Part shown: one piece after another, positions 57,396 to 64,000 of the stretch
Layout of the letters: the number at the start of each line of letters is the position of its first letter
How positions within the stretch are numbered: position 1 is the first letter of the stretch
Assembly (NCBI GenBank): GCA_965243025.1
Contig: CBDETY010000003.1
Span: 576,001 to 640,000 of the forward strand
Length of the DNA stretch: 64,000 bases
Direction: 5' to 3'
Source of the DNA: Candidatus Latescibacterota bacterium
GTDB taxonomy: Bacteria; Latescibacterota; UBA2968; UBA8231
Notes under the pieces: model-generated
The model's input: the letters and a program-made list of their open reading frames with translations, nothing else
What the model was told of the DNA's origin: nothing
Databases searched by the model: none
Made by a program: the position numbers and the translations under genes

Positions 57396-59066
57396 ATGAA
57401 CCCACTGAAACCAGCGGAGATCCAGGCCGCGCTCGAAGCCGTCGAAGCCGGGGACGCCAGGAGGCTCGAGCCACTTCTGAAAACGAACCCGGCGCTCGTC
57501 CACCAGATCCTCGAGCACGACGGCCACAGCGTAATGCTCAGGCCGACACTGTTGCACCGGACCAACGCCAGGGCCGATCGGGAGCGGCGGCCCCGCAGAA
57601 GGAACAAGGGTGACCTCGACTGCGCCCGACTGCTCATCGACTACGGCGCCGACATCAACAGCCGGGTCCTGGACTCTCTGCCGCCGCTGGAGATGGCAGC
57701 GTGGACGCGCCACCACGATCTCTTCGAGCTGCTGCTGGCCAACGGGGCCGACGTGGAATGCCACACCGAGCTGCCCCCGATCGAGGTTGCGGTCGCCACG
57801 GCTTACGGCAGGGACATGTTCAAAGGCCTGGCGGCTGCCGGCGCGCAGTACGACATCTCCCATACGCTTCGACTCGGACTGCTTCGGGAGACGCGGACAC
57901 TCCTCGAGGTCGACCCAAGCCTCGCCAACACCGAGACGGACCACGGTCTCCCGCTCAATCTGGCGGTCAGCAAGCCGGGCAGCACCAAGCCAAGTCCGGG
58001 GTTGTTCAAGCTGCTGATCCGGTTTGGCGCCGACATCCACGCCGAGGACCGGTTCGGCCTGACGCCGCTGAAGGCAGCCCGCCTGCCCGGCAACGACAGG
58101 ATCGTGCTGGCTCTGCTGGACATGGGCGTAGAGGACGACATTTACGGCGCCCTCCTGGCGCGCGACGAGGACAGGGTCAGGGCAATCCTGCGGGCTGATC
58201 CCTCCCAGGCACACCCGGTCGCCGCCTGGCCCGATCGGGGGCCAACGCCCCCCATCGTCTGGGCGGTCTGGTCCGGCTCGACTCGTCTCGTGAAGATGAT
58301 TCTCGAGCACGATGTCGTCCTCAACATGTCGGGGAATCCGCTCGGCATCGCCATCCAATACGGCTACGACGAGATCGTCCGTCTCCTGCTCGACCACGGC
58401 GCTTCGCCCGAATGCGGCGACTGCAGCGGCTGGGCGGGCGTTCGCACCGGCAACTGGGACCGGGTCCCGGGGGGCGGTCCTGCACCGGACGACGATCCGC
58501 CGGTCTCGGTGCCGCTCTACACGGCGCTGCGCAACGGCACGACCGCCGCCGTGGAGATGCTGCTGGATGCGGGCGCCGATCCGAACTCCACGCTGACCGG
58601 GACAGGAACTATGGAGCTGCGCAAAAGCGAAGGAGCGTACCCATGCCCGATCCCATGGCACATCCAGGCAATCTGGAGACGTGAAGTCGATTCGGTTCGG
58701 AATGTCCGGCCCGACCTGGTTGATGCCTGGCTGACAGGTGATTCCTGGCCGAACGAGTTCTCTGGAGAAGGGTGGGATTCCCGCGGATTCGAGGCTCCAC
58801 GCGGACTGGATCCACTGGCCTGTGCGAGTGTGTTGGGCGCCACTGATTGTGTGGACCCGTTGCTCGCCGCGGGAGCGGCCGTCGAGTCGGTGAGTGATGG
58901 GGCGGATATGGGCTGGTGTACACCCTGGATCCAAGCCCCTTCAAAGACAAAGAAAAGAAGAAGTCGTAGACAGGATCAGGGCATAAGTATGGACACACCG
59001 CATCTGGTGATGGGCATTGTGGCTATTGCACGCGATGTGCTTCTCGTCGGCGGAGAGGGTACATGA
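57396..59066 (+). CDS. Ankyrin repeat protein
   Basis: LLIDYGADIN, LLLANGADV, FGLTPLKAA, LLLDHGA, LLDAGADPN. Confidence 0.85.
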   Translation: MNPLKPAEIQAALEAVEAGDARRLEPLLKTNPALVHQILEHDGHSVMLRPTLLHRTNARADRERRPRRRNKGDLDCARLLIDYGADINSRVLDSLPPLEMAAWTRHHDLFELLLANGADVECHTELPPIEVAVATAYGRDMFKGLAAAGAQYDISHTLRLGLLRETRTLLEVDPSLANTETDHGLPLNLAVSKPGSTKPSPGLFKLLIRFGADIHAEDRFGLTPLKAARLPGNDRIVLALLDMGVEDDIYGALLARDEDRVRAILRADPSQAHPVAAWPDRGPTPPIVWAVWSGSTRLVKMILEHDVVLNMSGNPLGIAIQYGYDEIVRLLLDHGASPECGDCSGWAGVRTGNWDRVPGGGPAPDDDPPVSVPLYTALRNGTTAAVEMLLDAGADPNSTLTGTGTMELRKSEGAYPCPIPWHIQAIWRREVDSVRNVRPDLVDAWLTGDSWPNEFSGEGWDSRGFEAPRGLDPLACASVLGATDCVDPLLAAGAAVESVSDGADMGWCTPWIQAPSKTKKRRSRRQDQGISMDTPHLVMGIVAIARDVLLVGGEGT

Positions 59067-59872
59067 CGACATCAAGGATCGTCTTCGTGAGCACAATGGA
59101 CGGAGAGATGGACATCTGGACGATGGCGCCAGACGGGTCTGACCGGCGTAATCTGACGTCCACGCCAGCTTGGGAGGAGGATCATCCGGCTTGGTCGCCG
59201 GACGGGATGATCGCTTTCTGCACGCGTCGGCACGGCAAGGGCGAGATCTACCTGATGGACGCCGACGGTGGCTCGCTAACGCGGATCACAGAGAACGACT
59301 TTCCCGACCTGCGGGCCCATTTCTCCTGGGATGGGCAAACGATCCTATTCTCCAGCGACCGCATCGGGCAGGCTGACATCTACGCAATGGGTCGCGACGG
59401 ATCGAACCAACGTCCCCTAAGCAACCATCCCTCTTTCGAAGTGGAGTCAGCCTACGACCCCGACGGGTCCCGGATCGTGTTCACCACGGACCGGGATGGC
59501 CACCGGCGGCTCTACGTGATGAACCCTGACGGCAGTGACCAACGGCGGCTGGAGGCGTCGCACGGCGACGGGGACAGCCCTTCGTTTTCCGCCGACGGAA
59601 AGTGGATCACATTCACCTCGGAGCGGTACGGAGCCCAAGCCGTCTACGTCATGCGGGCGGATGCGACCGAGCAGCGTCGTGTGACGCCGGACGGGCTCGC
59701 CGCCTGGCAATCGAGTTTCTCACCAGACGGATCGAAACTGGTTTTCACCGCCCGTAGCGGCAACAACCGGCAGCTGTACCGGATCGACGTGGACGGCTCG
59801 AATCTGACAAACCTTTCCAACCACGACGCCGAGGACTTCGCCGCCCACTGGGGACCAGAACTCACCTCGTGA
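59063..59872 (+). CDS. TolB-like PD40 beta-propeller protein, no signal peptide
   Basis: WSPDG/FSWDG/YDPDG/FSADG/FSPDG repeats with IY.M..DG; ATGA overlap with the ankyrin gene. Confidence 0.85.
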   Translation: MTTSRIVFVSTMDGEMDIWTMAPDGSDRRNLTSTPAWEEDHPAWSPDGMIAFCTRRHGKGEIYLMDADGGSLTRITENDFPDLRAHFSWDGQTILFSSDRIGQADIYAMGRDGSNQRPLSNHPSFEVESAYDPDGSRIVFTTDRDGHRRLYVMNPDGSDQRRLEASHGDGDSPSFSADGKWITFTSERYGAQAVYVMRADATEQRRVTPDGLAAWQSSFSPDGSKLVFTARSGNNRQLYRIDVDGSNLTNLSNHDAEDFAAHWGPELTS

Positions 59873-60015
59873 GGGAACACTGTGCCTTTGGGGAAAGGTC
59901 GAACGTCAGCCCTGATTAGAGGCAAAGCCTGCGGGCCGCCCCTTGTAACTGTGCTTGATTGCCTTGTCCCGCCGTCGCTCTCGGCGAAAACCTCGCAGGC
60001 GATCTCAGCTTCAAC

Positions 60016-61338
60016 TCACCAGGTCACCTCGACGACGTCGGGCAACTCGGTGCGGGCGCTCTCCGGCACCGACACCGACAGGGTGCCGGCCGCGAACTCG
60101 GCGTCGAGCTCCTGACCCGTTCTCAGCAGCCGCACCCGGCGCGGCTCCCCGCAGTTGCGGATCTGCGCCGCATCGTGGAAGTCACGCAGGAAGAACAGGT
60201 AGGTGATCCCCGCGCGCTCGCTGGACGGAACGCTGCAGGCGCCGGGCCAGTCCCCGCCGTAGCAGTCCTGCACCGCGGCGCCGTTGTGCTTCATCCAGTC
60301 CCGCAACTCCGACAGCAGCCGGTAGGCCTGCGGCGGCAGCTCGCCGCTCCCGGTGGGCCCGAAGTTGAGCAGGTAGTTGCCTCCCCAGGCGGCGACCAGG
60401 GCCAGCTCCTCGAGCACGAGGGAGAGGTCGCGGTACCCGGCCCCCTCGATGTGCCCCCAGCTCGGGGCCCCGAGGTGGCGGGTGACGCAGTGGTCGTACT
60501 GGTCGATGCTGGTGGTGCAGAACTCGAACGGCCGCTGCGGCCGCTTGGGCTCGAGCTTTTCGTAGCGGCACTCGAAGGTGCTGAAGTCGCCGCTCCCCTC
60601 GCCGTGGCCGCGGTCGTTGATCATGACGTCCGGCTGCAGCTCGCGGACGCGCTCGTTGGTCATGGCCGAGCCGCCGTCGTACCAGAAGACGTCGAGGTCG
60701 CCGTACCGGGTCAGCAGCTCCTCCATCTGGCCGGTGACGTAGGGACCCTCCTCCTCTTCCTGCTTCCTCTTCTCGTTGGTCACCCACTCCTGCTGCGGCA
60801 TCCCGGAGTCCGGGTCCCACTGTTCGAGCTCGACCGGTTGGTGGCGCAGGCCGAGGGTCTCGGAGTAGCCGAACGAGCGGCGGTGGCGCTCGCGGTACCA
60901 GTCCCCGGGGGAGTAGTAGAAGCCGACCTTGATGCCGTTGCCGCGGCAGGCCTCGACGAACGGCCGCAGCAGGTCGCGGCCCCCCATGTGGGTGCGGGTG
61001 CTGAAATCGCCGAACTCGCTCGGCCACAGGGCGTAGCCGTCGTGGTGGCGGGTGGTCAGTACGGCGTAGCGGAACCCGGCCTCCCGCGCCGCCCGCATCC
61101 AGAGGTCGGGGTCGTAGCGGTCGGGATCGAACTCGTCCGCCTGCTTCCAGTACTCCTCGGGGGTCAGCTTGTTGCGGTTTTCGAGCTCGGCGTCGTAGGG
61201 GGTGTCCTTGATCATGCACCAGGACAGGTCGCCGACGGCGCGGACGCTGGATAGGCCCCAGTGGAGGAACATCCCGAGGCCAGCGGTTTCGTACCAGTGC
61301 GTCGAAGGGGGCGCACCGGCAGGGGTAAGCTTTCTCAT
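60016..61338 (-). CDS. Alpha-L-fucosidase (GH29)
   Basis: GMFLHWG, TTRHHDG, GFYYS, WYDG, INDR, GGNYLLNFGP. Confidence 0.9.
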   Translation of the reverse strand: MRKLTPAGAPPSTHWYETAGLGMFLHWGLSSVRAVGDLSWCMIKDTPYDAELENRNKLTPEEYWKQADEFDPDRYDPDLWMRAAREAGFRYAVLTTRHHDGYALWPSEFGDFSTRTHMGGRDLLRPFVEACRGNGIKVGFYYSPGDWYRERHRRSFGYSETLGLRHQPVELEQWDPDSGMPQQEWVTNEKRKQEEEEGPYVTGQMEELLTRYGDLDVFWYDGGSAMTNERVRELQPDVMINDRGHGEGSGDFSTFECRYEKLEPKRPQRPFEFCTTSIDQYDHCVTRHLGAPSWGHIEGAGYRDLSLVLEELALVAAWGGNYLLNFGPTGSGELPPQAYRLLSELRDWMKHNGAAVQDCYGGDWPGACSVPSSERAGITYLFFLRDFHDAAQIRNCGEPRRVRLLRTGQELDAEFAAGTLSVSVPESARTELPDVVEVTW

Positions 61339-61372
61339 CGTTCGAGCTCCGTTTCGGTTTTGGGCGTGATGG

Positions 61373-62377
61373 TCACTGGTCCCGCCCGATGCCGTGCAGC
61401 CCCGCCACTTCCCACCAGCGCTCCCCGGGAGCCGGCGGCGGAGCCAGCACCAGGCGGCGCAGCAGGTCGAACTGCTTCTCCATGCCGTCGTCGATGTCCA
61501 TGTAGTCGGACTCCATCTCCACCGACAGCGCCCCCTCGTAACCGACGAACCGCAGGTTGGTGACGAAGTCGCGCCAGAAGCTCTCGTCGTGCCCCCAGCC
61601 GACGCAGGTGAACGTCCACACGCGGTTCTTCGGATCGGTCGGGGGAACGGTGGTGTCGAGCAACCCCTGCAGCCGCAGGTTGTGGGGGTCGATGCGGGTG
61701 TCCTTCATGTGGATGTGCCAGACGAGGTCGCCGAGGTAGCGGATCGATTCGAGCACGTCGACGTGCTGCACGAACAGGTGGGACGGGTCGAAGTTGCAGC
61801 CGATCTCCTTTCCGACTGCATCGCGCAGCTTCATCAGGGTGGCGGGGGTGTGCACGACGTCGCCGATCCAAGGCTCGATGCAGAGCCGGCAGCCGTGGTC
61901 GGAGGCGATCTTCGCCTGCTCGCGCCAGAACGGGATCACCCGCTCCTCCCACTGCCACTTCAGTATGCCGCGGGATTCGGCGTTGAAGACGTCGGTGATC
62001 CAGCAGGGAGCGGTGTCTCCCTCTGCCCCTTCCGGGCAGCCGGAGTTGAGGGTGATCAGCTCTACTCCGGACAGCTCGGCAAGCTCGCACGCCGTGCGGA
62101 ATCCCCGCGCCCACTCCGCGGCGGCCTCCCGGTCCGGTGAGAGCATGTCGCCGTGGGCGGCCAGGGCGCTGATTTCGAGGCCGTGCGCGGCGATGGCGTC
62201 GAGCCAGCGGCGCAGCTCGCCGCGGTCGGCAACGAGCTTCCCGGGGTCGCAGTGCTTCTTCGACGCCTCTCCCATGCCAGCGACTTCGATGCAGCCGGCG
62301 CCGAGGTGCTTCGCGTAGCGGAGGGCTTCCTCGAAGTCGTACTTGAGAATGAACAGGGTGTTGATGCCGAGTTTCAT
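61373..62377 (-). CDS. Sugar phosphate isomerase/epimerase (IolE-like TIM barrel)
   Basis: GCNFDPSHL, HIHMKDT, VGWGH, GYEGALSVEME. Confidence 0.88.
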   Translation of the reverse strand: MKLGINTLFILKYDFEEALRYAKHLGAGCIEVAGMGEASKKHCDPGKLVADRGELRRWLDAIAAHGLEISALAAHGDMLSPDREAAAEWARGFRTACELAELSGVELITLNSGCPEGAEGDTAPCWITDVFNAESRGILKWQWEERVIPFWREQAKIASDHGCRLCIEPWIGDVVHTPATLMKLRDAVGKEIGCNFDPSHLFVQHVDVLESIRYLGDLVWHIHMKDTRIDPHNLRLQGLLDTTVPPTDPKNRVWTFTCVGWGHDESFWRDFVTNLRFVGYEGALSVEMESDYMDIDDGMEKQFDLLRRLVLAPPPAPGERWWEVAGLHGIGRDQ

Positions 62378-62467
62378 GTGGGTACCCGCCGAACAGGTTT
62401 TTAACCGAATATGATGGAGAACGCCGGAACCTCGGTCAGGGGCGGTGTTTCCTGTGGTTCAATTTTA

Positions 62468-62496
62468 TTGCCGCGCGACATTCGCCGGAGTATCTT
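62468..62496 (+). promoter_or_regulatory. Putative sigma70 promoter of the XRE regulator (likely leaderless)
   Basis: TTGCCG-17 nt-TATCTT, ATG 6 nt downstream, no SD. Confidence 0.5.
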
Positions 62497-62502
62497 CCCG
62501 GT

Positions 62503-63168
62503 ATGGCCACCGCACGAATACCGCAGGACCGGCTTCCCGGGCCCCCGGCCGACCCCAACGGCGACCCCGCCAGGCAACTGGCTCCCGCCAACGAGCTGGA
62601 GGCGGCCATCGGCCGCCAGATCCGCGACTTCCGCACCCAGCTCCACATGACCGCGGCCGAGCTCGCCAGCCAGGCCGGGCTGTCGCCGGGCATGCTCTCC
62701 AAGATCGAGAACGGCCTCGCCTCGCCTTCGCTGGCCACCCTCAAGGCCCTGTCGCGGGCGCTCAATGTCCCGGTAACCGCCTTCTTCCGCAAATACGAGG
62801 AGGAGCGGGAGGTGTCCTTCGTGCGCAGGGGAGAGGGGCTCAACATCGAACGCCGCGGCACCCGCGCCGGGCACCAGTACCAGCTGCTCGGGCACACCGT
62901 CAACAGGCAGCTGCTCGTCGAGCCGTACCTGATCTCGCTGACCGAGGAGTCGGACGTGTTCCCGCTCTTTCAGCACCGCGGCGTCGAGTTCATCCACATG
63001 CTCGAGGGGCGGGTCACCTACCGCCACGGCAACCGGACCTACCGCATGGAGGCCGGGGACTCCCTGTTCTTCGACGCCGACGCCCCGCACGGGCCCGAGG
63101 AGCTGGTCGAGCTGCCGATCCGCTTTCTGTCGATCATCATCGAGCCGCGGGCCGGCAGCGGAGACTGA
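62503..63168 (+). CDS. XRE-family HTH plus cupin transcriptional regulator
   Basis: LSPGMLSKIENG..SPSLATL, RAGHQYQLLG, FQHRGVEF, GDSLFFDADAPHGP. Confidence 0.9.
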   Translation: MATARIPQDRLPGPPADPNGDPARQLAPANELEAAIGRQIRDFRTQLHMTAAELASQAGLSPGMLSKIENGLASPSLATLKALSRALNVPVTAFFRKYEEEREVSFVRRGEGLNIERRGTRAGHQYQLLGHTVNRQLLVEPYLISLTEESDVFPLFQHRGVEFIHMLEGRVTYRHGNRTYRMEAGDSLFFDADAPHGPEELVELPIRFLSIIIEPRAGSGD

Positions 63169-63200
63169 GCAGAAAAGCCGGTAGATAGGAGCAAAAGCGC

Positions 63201-64000
63201 ATGTGTGGAATCGCCGGAATCATGTACAAGGGGAAGCTGCTGGGCACCGGGCAGGCCCTGATCGACATGCTCGACGGCTGCCAGCACCGCGGCCCGGACT
63301 CGACCGGGTTCGCCCTCTACACCCGGGAGGAGGAAGGGCGGCTGCGGCTGCGTTTCTTCGTCGGCGAGGGGGAGGAGGCGGAAACCGCGATCGCCCGCAT
63401 CGCCGAGGCGGTCGCCGGGCAGGGCGCCACTGTCGTCTCCGAAGAGAGGACCGGCAAAAACTACAAGCTGACCGTCGAGTACGACGGCGACGTACAGAAG
63501 TTCTCCTACGCCGTCGAGCAGGCCGCCAAGGTGGTCTCGATCGGCGCCAGCCTCGAGATCATCAAGGACGTCGGCGGGGCGCACGACGTCGACGAGCGCT
63601 ACGGCGTCGACAGCTTCACCGGCAGCCACGGCCTCGGCCACGTCCGCCTCGCCACCGAGTCCGACGTCAAGCCGGAGGCTTCGCACCCGTTCTGGGCTAC
63701 CGGGTTCGCCGACGTCGCCATCGTCCACAACGGCCAGATCACCAACTACTGGAAGATGCGCCGCCGCCTCGAGCGCCGCGGCTTCCAGTTCACCACCGAC
63801 AACGACAGCGAGCTGATCGCCGTGTACCTCGCCGACAAGCTGTCGCAGGGGATCGCCCTCAAGCAGGCGCTGGCCGACTCGATCGACGACCTCGACGGCA
63901 CCTTCTCCTTCCTCGTGTCGACCCGGGACGAGATCGGCTACGCCAAGGACCGGCTCGCCGCCAAGCCGATGATCCTCTACGAGAACGACGACCTCATCGC
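63201..64000 (+). CDS. Class II glutamine amidotransferase, GlxB/N-methylglutamate synthase subunit A-like; runs off the window
   Basis: MCGIAG, HRGPDSTG, GHVRLATES, AIVHNGQITNY, TDNDSE, DLDGTFSF; RBS AGGAG. Confidence 0.82.
   Translation, partial: MCGIAGIMYKGKLLGTGQALIDMLDGCQHRGPDSTGFALYTREEEGRLRLRFFVGEGEEAETAIARIAEAVAGQGATVVSEERTGKNYKLTVEYDGDVQKFSYAVEQAAKVVSIGASLEIIKDVGGAHDVDERYGVDSFTGSHGLGHVRLATESDVKPEASHPFWATGFADVAIVHNGQITNYWKMRRRLERRGFQFTTDNDSELIAVYLADKLSQGIALKQALADSIDDLDGTFSFLVSTRDEIGYAKDRLAAKPMILYENDDLI

Noticed and set aside
1-64000. CRISPR array, integron attC array, rRNA/tRNA, riboswitch
   Set aside because: No regularly spaced repeats, cas or intI genes, or recognisable conserved RNA motifs found by eye; Infernal and IntegronFinder would be needed to exclude them formally.

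Overview
High-GC bacterial window with no rRNA, tRNA or CRISPR that I can support. It is an accessory-metabolism patchwork of about 50 CDS. These include five PhyH-family Fe/2OG dioxygenases plus two PhyH fragments, sugar-acid and amino-acid catabolic enzymes, a GDPD-ybbA-ybbP/tesA lipid module, and an ECF sigma/anti-sigma islet. There are also toxin-antitoxin remnants, ankyrin and TolB-like (PD40) repeat proteins, GH29, and the start of a putative N-methylglutamate locus. Mobile DNA comprises two apparently identical 1557-bp IS1182/IS5-like elements in inverted orientation (TSDs CTAT and CTAA) and a 162-bp hairpin MITE inside a dead hicA. The most distinctive structure is non-coding. Two multi-kb blocks are each bracketed by diverged 120-150-bp direct repeats of gene ends, and many intergenic gaps are filled with 100-500-bp fragments of unrelated genes. 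The gene content (PhyH expansion, DUF6785/6784, ankyrins) resembles sponge-associated Latescibacterota/Poribacteria-like bacteria, but that is inference only. Family calls come from motif recognition, not database searches.
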